A stretch of DNA of 64,000 bases from Fidelibacterota bacterium (GTDB lineage Bacteria > Fidelibacterota > Marinisomatia > Marinisomatales > S15-B10), in contig JBHIAI010000002.1 of the NCBI GenBank assembly GCA_046861655.1, positions 1 to 64,000 of the forward strand. Direction: 5' to 3'. Position numbers and translations under genes: made by a program. Position 1 is the stretch's first letter, and the number at the start of each line of letters is the position of its first letter. The notes below the pieces were generated by a model that worked only from the letters and a program-made list of their open reading frames with translations, had not been told where the DNA came from and did no database searches. Shown here in pieces: positions 28,617-39,434 of the stretch.

Positions 28617-29366
28617 TCAGCCGGCGGCGGATTCCTCAACCAGCCACCGGAACAGGGTTTTCTGGTGGGGATCATCTCCCATCTTTTCCGGATGCCATTG
28701 AACGGCGACAAAGGTGCCATCGTCAGAAGCTGACTCCACCGCTTCCACCAACCCATCGCCGGACCACGCTGTGGGTTTGAGACGGGAACCCACCCTTTTT
28801 ATCCCCTGATGATGAGTGCTGGTCACGGTGAGGGTGCGCTGCCCCGTTATCCTGTACAGAAGACTGTCATTGTCGACGGTCACCTCATGTCTGACTGTGG
28901 GTCCCTTGTAGTCGCCATGATCGATGGCCCCGGGCAGTTGTGAGGCAATATCCTCATACAAATCCCCGCCGTGTATGACGTTGATGTGCTGGAGACCGGC
29001 ACAGATGCCCAGGATCGGTTTTCCCTGGTCCCGGCAACATTCGAAGATCTGCCGGTCGAAGGAAACCCTGTCCGGATGCATGGGTTCTTCCCCCTTCAGG
29101 TCGTAGCGGGATCCCCCGTAAGAGTTGACAGGAAGATCGGGCCCGCCGATGAGAGTGAGGCCGTCAATCACCCTGGCGATATCCGAAACGGAACCCTGAG
29201 AACGGGGATGGGTCAGGATGAAAGGGATCCCCCCTTGTTCCCAGATGCGGTGGGCATAGGCTTCCTTCGTGGCCATCCAGAACACGTCCTCCAGGGAGTA
29301 GTAGTAGGGATTGATTCCGATAACGGGTCTACGTCCGCCAGGACCGGAATGTGATGAATGAACCAT
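28617..29366 (-). CDS. Gamma-glutamyl-gamma-aminobutyrate hydrolase family (peptidase C26, PuuD-like)
   Basis: GGPD, PILGICAGLQ (Cys), HHQG, VQWHPE triad. Confidence 0.9.
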   Translation of the reverse strand: MVHSSHSGPGGRRPVIGINPYYYSLEDVFWMATKEAYAHRIWEQGGIPFILTHPRSQGSVSDIARVIDGLTLIGGPDLPVNSYGGSRYDLKGEEPMHPDRVSFDRQIFECCRDQGKPILGICAGLQHINVIHGGDLYEDIASQLPGAIDHGDYKGPTVRHEVTVDNDSLLYRITGQRTLTVTSTHHQGIKRVGSRLKPTAWSGDGLVEAVESASDDGTFVAVQWHPEKMGDDPHQKTLFRWLVEESAAG

Positions 29367-29460
29367 AGATTCCCCCCAGACTAACGGCCAATTTTAGCCA
29401 TGTTTCGGTAGGATACCAAATACCGGTCTACAATACCTTTTCGGGGGATTTCCTCAGGGG

Positions 29461-29631
29461 TCAGGAAGGTCCTGGGGAGCGTAGGCGTTTTCGGATTGCC
29501 TTGAGGTCCGGACCGTGGCTGCGGCCGTCTCTTTCATAGTCATACCACCACTCCAGTTCTTTGTCGGTACGTTCCGCCAGGCGCCTCCACCAGCCCAGGT
29601 CGGTGATACTTCTATGGCGTTTTCGTTTCAC
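29461..29631 (-). CDS. Putative 56-aa small protein
   Basis: GTG-started ORF MKRKRHRSITDLGWWRRLAERTDKELEWWYDYERDGRSHGPDLKAIRKRLRSPGPS fills the gap between nuoB and the C26 gene, on the same strand. Confidence 0.4.
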   Translation of the reverse strand: MKRKRHRSITDLGWWRRLAERTDKELEWWYDYERDGRSHGPDLKAIRKRLRSPGPS

Positions 29632-29693
29632 GAGTTAGGGCAACGCGGGAAAGGGGACAGGAGCCGGGAGCGTTGGGTATGGGGGGCGAGGAT

Positions 29694-30245
29694 CTAGGCG
29701 TCAGGGGTAAGAGCGGGAGTGGGTTGACGCTTCTCCTTTTTTCGACCGAATAGATTCTTCAAGTTCTTCATAACGGTGTCCTGAACAGGACGCTCCGTTC
29801 GAATCTTTTCCTGGAGTCTCAGGAGTCCCTCGATCAAGGCTTCTGGCCGGGGAGGACAGCCGGGGACGTACACATCCACCGGTACAACGATGTCGACCCC
29901 TTTCAGGACATGGTAGCCGTACTGCCAGTAGGGCCCGCCGCTAGTAGCACAGCTGCCCATGGATACCACGTATTTGGGATCGGCCATCTGCTCGTACAAA
30001 CGCTTAATCCTGATTGCCATTTTCATGGTGACAGTACCGGCAACAATCATGACATCTGCCTGTCTGGGGGACGACCGGGGCATCATCCCGATCCGTTCCA
30101 GGTCGTGGCGGGACGCCGCGGTGGCCATCATTTCAATGGCGCAGCAGGCAATGCCAAATTGAAAATACCAGGGAGATGTTGATCTGGCCCAGTTTAGGAG
30201 CTTGTTGAGCGGTGCAACGATGATATCTCCTGATCCATCCTTCAT
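29694..30245 (-). CDS. nuoB: NADH-quinone oxidoreductase subunit B
   Basis: [39 protein letters not shown]. Confidence 0.95.
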   Translation of the reverse strand: MKDGSGDIIVAPLNKLLNWARSTSPWYFQFGIACCAIEMMATAASRHDLERIGMMPRSSPRQADVMIVAGTVTMKMAIRIKRLYEQMADPKYVVSMGSCATSGGPYWQYGYHVLKGVDIVVPVDVYVPGCPPRPEALIEGLLRLQEKIRTERPVQDTVMKNLKNLFGRKKEKRQPTPALTPDA

Positions 30246-30499
30246 GAATCATCCTCCACGAATTTCTCGGGTGACATGTAAACCGGTTTTTCCCCCATGA
30301 AATCGTGATGCCTTAGGATGGCGTACCCCTGGGGATTTCGGGTAGGGCAGGTGCTGCAGGAACGCTTTCCACTGATTTTGTGTCTCAAGATATCCAGGAT
30401 CTTTTCATCCGAATCTTCCGCACCTTCCACCAGCTCCTCATCGGTTTCCACATACCACCTTAGAGTCACGAGATACCGGTACTTGTTCTTCTCACTCAT
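30242..30499 (-). CDS. Hypothetical protein with CxxC motif, translationally coupled to nuoB
   Basis: AAGGAG RBS before MSEKNK, SCSTCP, ATGA overlap with nuoB. Confidence 0.65.
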   Translation of the reverse strand: MSEKNKYRYLVTLRWYVETDEELVEGAEDSDEKILDILRHKISGKRSCSTCPTRNPQGYAILRHHDFMGEKPVYMSPEKFVEDDS

Positions 30500-30666
30500 G
30501 GCCACATTCTCCTTGACGGTGCCACTGTTGTTCGCCATTGAGCAGCTAATTTAGAAACACTGACCATTATGGCAAACGGCTTTCACGAGCGGGGCCCTGT
30601 TATGTCTGTCCTGCGACCATTGAGATTTACAAACTGGCCCGATCTTCCTAAATTTAACTGGATTAA

Positions 30667-32394
<1,728 letters not shown>

Positions 32395-32461
32395 GGCTGC
32401 CTTCGCTGTACTGGGGAATAAATTCTTTGAGGCCCAGGGGTGGGAATGTATATTCTCGCGA

Positions 32462-33181
32462 GTGATCCCCCACGACACCATTTCCATTTTTGCCCCTCTG
32501 TGGTGGAAGGCCAATATTCCCACCGTAGTCATCATCGTTGGTCTTATCGGTGTCGGGAAGCGTCTTTCCCCCCTTAACCGTGAGCGCCTGGCGGTGATCC
32601 TGGCCGTGGTTCTCCTTGCCCGGGTCATCCTGATTCATCCCTATCTGATCTCCCTTGGAAGGTGGCGGGTAGAATCGAGCCTTCCGTTGCATATGTGTGG
32701 ACTGTCGGCCATTCTGTCAGGCGTGGTTCTTCTCTGGCGGAATCAGCGGGCGTATGAATTCCTCTACTACTGGGGAATTCCGGGTGCTTTCCATTCTCTG
32801 CTAACACCCGAGTTCACCAGCGGCAGAGTGGGACTGCTTTTCCCGGAGTATTTCATCTCTCACGGCGGCATTCTGGCTTCGGCTCTGTACCTGACTCTGG
32901 TACTGGGAATGAGACCGAGCAAAGGTTCCTGGTGGAGAATTGCCCTCTGGACGCAACCTGTCCTTCTGGGAATCGGCCTGGCCAACTGGGCACTGGACTC
33001 AAACTATATGTATCTGTGTCAAAAACCCCTGGCGAGCAACCCCTTTGTCATCGGGGACTGGCCCTGGTATCTGGTGGGCCTGGAAATCGCCGGCCTGCTT
33101 CACATTCTTGCCATCTATTCTCCCGTCGCACTCCAGTACTACCGGCAGACTGTCCCCGCTACGAGGGCTGTGCCTGACTGA
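32462..33181 (+). CDS. TIGR02206/YwaF family membrane protein
   Basis: LPLHMC, GAFHSLLTP, YFISHG, NYMYL...KP, WPWY. Confidence 0.85.
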   Translation: MIPHDTISIFAPLWWKANIPTVVIIVGLIGVGKRLSPLNRERLAVILAVVLLARVILIHPYLISLGRWRVESSLPLHMCGLSAILSGVVLLWRNQRAYEFLYYWGIPGAFHSLLTPEFTSGRVGLLFPEYFISHGGILASALYLTLVLGMRPSKGSWWRIALWTQPVLLGIGLANWALDSNYMYLCQKPLASNPFVIGDWPWYLVGLEIAGLLHILAIYSPVALQYYRQTVPATRAVPD

Positions 33182-33214
33182 CGTCCCTGTTCTGCCACGG
33201 GGTTCAGGTTCATT

Positions 33215-34429
33215 GTGATGTCAAAGGGCTCCCCATCCTTCCGACGAGGGCTGACCATCTTCTGGGGATTTCTCCTGGCAGGATGTTCAGACCTGGCCAC
33301 AGATTTTGCCCCCCTTGAGGATGCTGTGTTGTACGAGGCAACCCGTCCGGTTGCGCCCCCATCCTCGGTAAAAAGCCTCACCGTCATGACCTGGAACATC
33401 CGGTACGGGGCGGGCCATATCCCCTGGTTTGGCGACTCGTGCGGGGATCGCGTCATCCTCACCCGGGACGAAGTCATGCAAGGGCTGGAGGGTCTGGCGG
33501 GAAAAATCCGGCGAGTAGACCCTGATATCCTGCTATTGCAGGAGGTGGACAGGGAATCCAAGCGAACGGCGTATGTGGATCAGGTGCAATGGCTTTTGGA
33601 TCACACGGATCTCAACTATGGGGCGTATGCGTCCGCATGGCGGGTTCAGTTTATTCCCAGTGACGGATTGGGTCGAATGGATACGGGCAATGCCATCCTG
33701 AGCCGATGGAAAATCACCGGTTCTGAGAGGATCTCCCTGGATCTACGGGGGGATCAGAGCGACCTGACCCGTTACTTCTACCTCCGGCGGAATATCCTGA
33801 AGGTGCAGTTGAATCTTTCCAACCCCGAAAACCTCTTTGTTGTGAACGTACATTCAGCGGCTTTTGCCGAGGACGACACCAAGCAGAAGCATATCCAGGA
33901 CTTTGAACGCGTCCTCGCCGAACTGGATGAGGACGGATCGATGTTCGTAGCCGGAGGTGACCTCAATGAGGTGCCTCCAGGGTCCGATTCTACCGATTAC
34001 TGTGATGAAGCCCGGTGCCCCGACGAGCCCCGAGATTTTTGTCCGGAAGGAAGCAACTACACCGGCGAAAGCGGATGGCTTGATGGTCTTTACCATCGGT
34101 TCAATCCCGCCGTATCCCTGGATAGCTACCAGCAGGACAATAGCCCCCATTTTACCTACGGACGCTACGATAACGGGTTCTGGGACCGGAAGCTCGATTA
34201 TCTGTTCACGAATGGACGGTGGGTGACCGATTCCGATTCCACTCATCAGGATGCCTTTGGGTTGTCGGATCACGCGCCGGTAAGTGCCACGCTTCGGTGC
34301 TGCCATGATGGGCAGGAATGTAGCAGCTGTCAGCCGTCTTCTGTCCATCCTGACCCTGTCGGTCCTGGGCCAGGAAGCGGTCGCCACCCCTCGGATATGG
34401 TCCGCGGGAACAGCCCACATCCTTCCTGA
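33215..34429 (+). CDS. Endonuclease/exonuclease/phosphatase family lipoprotein (C-terminus probably extended by a frameshift)
   Basis: Lipobox LLAGC, MTWNI, LQEVD, GNAILS, GGDLN, LDYLF, SDHAPV. Confidence 0.88.
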   Translation: MMSKGSPSFRRGLTIFWGFLLAGCSDLATDFAPLEDAVLYEATRPVAPPSSVKSLTVMTWNIRYGAGHIPWFGDSCGDRVILTRDEVMQGLEGLAGKIRRVDPDILLLQEVDRESKRTAYVDQVQWLLDHTDLNYGAYASAWRVQFIPSDGLGRMDTGNAILSRWKITGSERISLDLRGDQSDLTRYFYLRRNILKVQLNLSNPENLFVVNVHSAAFAEDDTKQKHIQDFERVLAELDEDGSMFVAGGDLNEVPPGSDSTDYCDEARCPDEPRDFCPEGSNYTGESGWLDGLYHRFNPAVSLDSYQQDNSPHFTYGRYDNGFWDRKLDYLFTNGRWVTDSDSTHQDAFGLSDHAPVSATLRCCHDGQECSSCQPSSVHPDPVGPGPGSGRHPSDMVRGNSPHPS

Positions 34430-35135
34430 GAAAAGGTGGGAAATAGGTCTGTTCCAGCCTCTTAGAGTGGGCGCGACCAGCCGCCTGGAGTGGTCCGTTC
34501 ACCCCATCTGGTTTCTTCAGATTCCCAATGTAAGAGTCAAGGCGGCTCACACCGTACGGATGGGGTGGCACGTGGCCAGCCGGCACAGTGTGGTGTATCC
34601 CACCCCACTGCTGAGACGACTCCAGAAAAAGGGATTCGGCATCCAGGCCCTTGCGGACATCGATTTCGGTGGTATCATCACCGCCGATCCTGACGTAGGG
34701 GATATCCCCCACATGATTCTATCCCGGCATGAGATCATGGCCACGGGTGGGTTCGGTTCTGCCGCTCTGGTTACCATCAAAGGGGGAATCGCTCTGGCCC
34801 TGAGGAGCGGCCAACTGGATGGTCGCACCACTATTGACCTTCCCATCGTGTTCCCCCGCCTGGGGGTTCTTCATAACGGCTTCGGATTGAATGCTGGCGT
34901 GGACGTTATCCGGCCCCTGATTCCGGGGTTGGACACTCTTGTCGACGGCGATCTTCTTTTCCTTCCTGGGGCAAAAGAGGGGACGGCCTTCGAACACAAG
35001 GGACTTCTAATCTGGACCAAGAGCGGCCGGTTTCAGCTTATGGTGGGGTACAAACTTGTCTTCGGGGAATATCCCTTTGGCACCCAGTGGCACCTGTTTC
35101 CTCTGTTCGATCTTCAGTGGGGATGGTCCAGGTAA
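34305..35135 (+). CDS. Hypothetical secreted/outer-membrane protein
   Basis: Signal peptide, amphipathic beta strands, C-terminal FDLQWGW. Confidence 0.6.
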   Translation: MMGRNVAAVSRLLSILTLSVLGQEAVATPRIWSAGTAHILPEKRWEIGLFQPLRVGATSRLEWSVHPIWFLQIPNVRVKAAHTVRMGWHVASRHSVVYPTPLLRRLQKKGFGIQALADIDFGGIITADPDVGDIPHMILSRHEIMATGGFGSAALVTIKGGIALALRSGQLDGRTTIDLPIVFPRLGVLHNGFGLNAGVDVIRPLIPGLDTLVDGDLLFLPGAKEGTAFEHKGLLIWTKSGRFQLMVGYKLVFGEYPFGTQWHLFPLFDLQWGWSR

Positions 35136-35145
35136 GGTCAAAGTC

Positions 35146-36036
35146 ATGAAACGGCTCTTTGTGGCAGTCAATCCATCCGGAGGAACGAAACGGGGCCGCA
35201 GGATTCTGAGTGAGGTCAGACCTGTGTTTGACGCAGAGGGCGCGGTTTTGACGGTCCTGGAGACGGAATACCCTGGTCATATGGCCGAGATCGTTCATTC
35301 TCTGGATCTGAATGAATATGATGGTTTCTGCATGATCGGGGGCGACGGCACCCTGCATGAATTGGTGAACGGCCTGTTGAGCCGGGAAGACGGGGCCACA
35401 ATCCCCGTCGGGTGTATTCCGGGGGGAACGGGCAATTCCTTTATGCATCATCTCGATTGCCTGGATGCGATGACTGCGGCCAGAAAGATCGTGGAGGGAC
35501 GTACCAAACCCATCGATGTGGCCAGGGTAGTCATGGGGAAGGAAACGGTCTACTGTTTCAACATTGTGGGATGGGGAATCGTCACGGACATTAACCGGAT
35601 GGCGGAAGGGATGCGATGGATGGGTGAGAGCCGGTACAGCGTGAGTACCCTTGCCCACGTTGCGAAACTCAAGCGCCGCAAGGCGACGGTCGTCCTGGAT
35701 GGAGAGGAACGGCAGGATAAATTTGTCTTTGTTATAGGATGCAATACCCGGTACACGGGAAAGGGGATGCTCCTCGCACCCCATGCCCGGATCGGCGACG
35801 GGCGGATAGACGTGGTGCTCATCCGGGACGCCAGTCGATGGGAATTGCTAAAGATGTTTCCCAAGGTGTTTGATGGTTCTCACCTCGATTTTCCCTTTGT
35901 GGAGTACCATCAGGCACGCACCTTTTCTGTGACGCCGTCGGAAGACGAGGCCCTCAACCTGGACGGAGAGCTCAAGGGAACGACTCCCTTCACGGTGGAA
36001 ATGGTACAGGGGGCGTTCGAGGTGTTTTCATCGTAG
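35146..36036 (+). CDS. Diacylglycerol/sphingosine kinase family protein
   Basis: NPSGG, GGDGTLHELVNG, PGGTGN, LDGE. Confidence 0.92.
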   Translation: MKRLFVAVNPSGGTKRGRRILSEVRPVFDAEGAVLTVLETEYPGHMAEIVHSLDLNEYDGFCMIGGDGTLHELVNGLLSREDGATIPVGCIPGGTGNSFMHHLDCLDAMTAARKIVEGRTKPIDVARVVMGKETVYCFNIVGWGIVTDINRMAEGMRWMGESRYSVSTLAHVAKLKRRKATVVLDGEERQDKFVFVIGCNTRYTGKGMLLAPHARIGDGRIDVVLIRDASRWELLKMFPKVFDGSHLDFPFVEYHQARTFSVTPSEDEALNLDGELKGTTPFTVEMVQGAFEVFSS

Positions 36037-36083
36037 TTTGGGATCCGTGGATTCCTCTGTAATTTAGGGCACTGTTTCCAACC

Positions 36084-37064
36084 ATGAGCCGAATCCTCCC
36101 TATTCTGGTTTTGACCCAGGCCCTTTCGGGTCAGGATTGGGACATTGTCCTTAGCTCCGGAGAGGAACTCACGGGCCTTGACCTCCAGTGGGTAAAGCGG
36201 GACTCGCTTGTGGTGGGACTGGATGGTGCTTCCCAGGACACCCAGAGGACCCTTCCCATCAGCCACATTCATGAATTGCGGCGTGTCACCGTAGAGAAGT
36301 CTGGAAGGGATCTGGCCAAACGGGCGGCGTTAACCCTTGCTGGCAGTGTCGTCGGGTACGGTGTGGGCAGTTTGTTCTACCGGTTGGCTCTTCCCTGGCT
36401 TTCGAACGGGAATGACGATGAGGACGGTCCTGAGCTTCGAAACGTGTTTGTCTACTCGTCGGCCCTGGTGGGGCTAATGCACGGGAAGAATTGGCCCCTG
36501 GCAGGAAGCCCGGACACGGTGGTTTATGTCCTGGAGGGCACAAGCCCGTCCCAGGATCTAAGGACAGTACGCCGGCTGACGGCACCGGAGGAGCCCCGGT
36601 TCTTCGCATGGTTAGGGAGAATGGGAAACTATCTGACGGGACTGGAGTGGTATGAATGGGAGGTGACCCTGACGTCGGGACAGGTGTACAGCCACACCAA
36701 TCTGGTGGGTCTGGCGGGAGACTCGCTGCGGTTTCACGCGAGTCCCGGATCCTACCGGATTCCCGTCAGGGCGATACGGAGGGTGACCAGAAACGTTTCC
36801 TGGGGCCGGTACCTCCCCCCTGTCCTGGGCGGTCTGCTGGGTATCTACGGAGGTGGGGTCGTGGGAAGGGTTATGTCGGACAAGATTCTCGAATTGCCTG
36901 CTGGATCTCCTGTGAAACCCTTTCCCGTGGTAGCGGGTGGCATTCTGGGGACGGCAGCGGGTGCCCGTTATGTTCACGGATCCGGAGATCTGTACGATCT
37001 CTCCGGTTTGACAGATGAGGAAAAGGCCGGAGTACTTAAGAGATATGTCCTATCCGGTCCATGA
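36084..37064 (+). CDS. Hypothetical protein with two tandem repeats (beta-rich domain plus glycine-zipper helices)
   Basis: Signal peptide; internal duplication WDIVLSSGE...DSL / WEVTLTSGQ...DSL. Confidence 0.6.
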   Translation: MSRILPILVLTQALSGQDWDIVLSSGEELTGLDLQWVKRDSLVVGLDGASQDTQRTLPISHIHELRRVTVEKSGRDLAKRAALTLAGSVVGYGVGSLFYRLALPWLSNGNDDEDGPELRNVFVYSSALVGLMHGKNWPLAGSPDTVVYVLEGTSPSQDLRTVRRLTAPEEPRFFAWLGRMGNYLTGLEWYEWEVTLTSGQVYSHTNLVGLAGDSLRFHASPGSYRIPVRAIRRVTRNVSWGRYLPPVLGGLLGIYGGGVVGRVMSDKILELPAGSPVKPFPVVAGGILGTAAGARYVHGSGDLYDLSGLTDEEKAGVLKRYVLSGP

Positions 37065-37161
37065 TCTGCCATGTCCACGGGTAGGCTTCCGGCCAGCCAC
37101 GTCAAAGATGTTCATTTCCCGATTGGATTGTTCTCGTTAAATTAATTGCTCTTTCAGCGTC

Positions 37162-37986
37162 ATGTATCTGGACAAAGAACCCATAGATTTTGAGGCGGAC
37201 GTGATCGAGGCAAGCCGTTCCCGGCCCGTGGTGGTGGATTTCTGGGCTGAGTGGTGTGCGCCCTGCCGGATCTTGAGTCCGGAGCTTGAGAAACTGGCGA
37301 ACGACGCCGGCGATGCCTGGACCCTGGTCAAAGTGAACACGGAGCTCCAGCCCGATCTGGCGGTTCAGTTCCAGATTCGCGGGATTCCTGCGGTCAAAAT
37401 GATCATTTCGGGCAACATCGTGGGAGAGTTTGTTGGTGCCCTTCCAGAAACTCAGATTCGTCAGTGGCTTGAGCATAATCTGCCCAGTGCTACCAGGGAT
37501 GCGGTGCAAGTGGCAGAGGCAGCCCTGGAAAAAGGGGACACCTATACGGCCATGTTGAAAGTCCGGCAAGTTCTGGAAAGCGAAGACGCGGATGCAGATG
37601 TTAGGAAGCGGGCCACGGTGATCCTGGCGGAAGCAAGTCTCACCACAGATCCGGAACAAAGCCGGAACCTCGCCCGGCGGTTTGAGGTGGGGGACCCCTT
37701 CTACGACCGGGCCCGGGCGGTGCTGGACAGGTATGAACTGGAGCACGGGAACCTCCCTGAAAACGGCAATTCGAAGGCGGCCAGGCTTTATGTGGAGGGA
37801 GTACGGACCTGGCGGGAAGGGGATCCGGAGAGCGCACTGGACAAACTCATCCAATCCGTGCAGGAGGACCGCAGCTTTCTTGACGACGCTGCCCGCAAGG
37901 CCATTATTGCCATTTTCGGAATCCTGGGCGAGGACCACGAGATTACCCGCAAGTACCGGCCCCGGTTCGCCTCCGCCATCTTCTGA
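37162..37986 (+). CDS. cnoX: Thioredoxin-TPR chaperedoxin (YbbN/CnoX family)
   Basis: VDFWAEWCAPC, IRGIP, C-terminal DDAARKA...YRPRFASAIF. Confidence 0.85.
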   Translation: MYLDKEPIDFEADVIEASRSRPVVVDFWAEWCAPCRILSPELEKLANDAGDAWTLVKVNTELQPDLAVQFQIRGIPAVKMIISGNIVGEFVGALPETQIRQWLEHNLPSATRDAVQVAEAALEKGDTYTAMLKVRQVLESEDADADVRKRATVILAEASLTTDPEQSRNLARRFEVGDPFYDRARAVLDRYELEHGNLPENGNSKAARLYVEGVRTWREGDPESALDKLIQSVQEDRSFLDDAARKAIIAIFGILGEDHEITRKYRPRFASAIF

Positions 37987-38095
37987 TATCTGGCTCCAAC
38001 GGTGGGGCCATCATCTGGCCCTGGCTTCTGCACTGGTTCATGGTGCGGGGGCTCGATGTTTTCGTTCCGGTGATTCCCTGAGAAAGGAGGCGGCT

Positions 38096-39079
38096 ATGAC
38101 AAAACCTGTATCAGCCATTGTCCCAATGGTCCTGTTAGGGGGAACGGCGGCCCTGGGTCAGGAACTTCCTGTCCGCCCTGTTCCCACCTATTCAATTGTG
38201 GCGTTGGATTCGCAAACGGGCCAGCTGGGAGTTGCGGTACAAAGTCACTGGTTTTCCGTCGGTACGGTCGTACCCTGGGCTCGGGCTGGCGTGGGTGCGG
38301 TGGCCACGCAGTCGTTCGCCAGGATTGATTACGGACCTGACGGTCTGGGTCTCATGGAGGAGGGGATGACGGCGGAGGAGGCCCTGGTCCGGCTGATAGA
38401 CCAGGATCGTGGCCAGGAGGTACGGCAGGTGGCCATGGTAGATATCGATGGAAACGTGGCGGTCCACACAGGTCTCCGCTGTATTGAAGCTGCCGGACAC
38501 CAGACGGGCAAGGGGTACTCCGTTCAGGCCAATCTCATGGGCAGTCCCACGGTGTGGCCTGCCATGGCGAAGGCATTTGAATCGGCACAGGGCGATCTCG
38601 CCAGCCGGATGCTGGCTGCCCTGGAGGCCGCGGAAAAGGAAGGGGGAGACATCCGGGGTCGTCAGTCCGCAGCCATGCTGATTGTCACCGGGGAGCCCAC
38701 AGGGGTACCCTGGAAGGATGTGATCCTGGACCTCCGGGTTGATGACGATCCTGATCCCCTGGGGGAGCTCAGGCGATTGATCCGGATTCACCGGGCCTAT
38801 GAGCACGCTAACCGTGGGGATGCACGGCTCGAAAAGGATGACGTAGAAGGGGCGCTGGAGGAGTACAGGAAAGCAGCGGAGCTGTATCCTGAGAATCCGG
38901 AGCTTCCTTTCTGGACCGCTGTGACCCTGGCGGACGGGGGGAGACTCCCGGAAGCCCTCCCCGTGTTCAAGACTGTCTTTTCCACGGACTCCCGTTGGAG
39001 GGAGCTGGTTCCCAGATTGGTGAAGTCGAAACTACTTCCCGATGATCCTCAAGTCATAGAGGCTATTGTCAACCAGTAG
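38096..39079 (+). CDS. DUF1028 (Ntn-hydrolase-like) protein with C-terminal TPR
   Basis: TYSIVA...GVAVQSHWFSVG, GAVATQS, GGDIRGRQSAA, DLRVDD. Confidence 0.88.
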   Translation: MTKPVSAIVPMVLLGGTAALGQELPVRPVPTYSIVALDSQTGQLGVAVQSHWFSVGTVVPWARAGVGAVATQSFARIDYGPDGLGLMEEGMTAEEALVRLIDQDRGQEVRQVAMVDIDGNVAVHTGLRCIEAAGHQTGKGYSVQANLMGSPTVWPAMAKAFESAQGDLASRMLAALEAAEKEGGDIRGRQSAAMLIVTGEPTGVPWKDVILDLRVDDDPDPLGELRRLIRIHRAYEHANRGDARLEKDDVEGALEEYRKAAELYPENPELPFWTAVTLADGGRLPEALPVFKTVFSTDSRWRELVPRLVKSKLLPDDPQVIEAIVNQ

Positions 39080-39416
39080 GAAACCAGACTCCCCTGTTAT
39101 CACTTGCCCGTCCTGCGCAGATACTCACAGACGGTCCGGTGCACCCACCGTGTGCCATTGTGGTCATCCCCTTGAGGTGAGGCTCACCTGGGAGGGCGAC
39201 CCTCCCGCCCGGAAATCTGTCGATTCCGGTTTTTCTTCCCTCTGGCGGTACCGGTCCGTCTTGCCCCCTCTTGATAAACAGGGGATCTCCTCCACGGCCC
39301 GGGTGCCTGTGTGCCCCAGGTCACGTCAGGGCAGGCCGCACTGTTTGTACTTTGATGTTCACCGGAGTTGGGGTAAACTTGAATTGCTTGCGACCAAAGC
39401 GTCTTTTCCACTTTGA
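39066..39416 (+). pseudogene. N-terminal remnant of a threonine synthase-like gene
   Basis: CPSC...CHCGHPLEV...SSLWRYRSVLP zinc-ribbon/N-terminal motif with no PLP catalytic domain following. Confidence 0.55.
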
Positions 39417-39434
39417 ATCCCTTTGAGGTCAACT

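Noticed and set aside
37682..38095. N-terminal extension of the DUF1028 ORF
   Set aside because: Overlaps cnoX out of frame; an AAGGAGG RBS supports ATG 38096.
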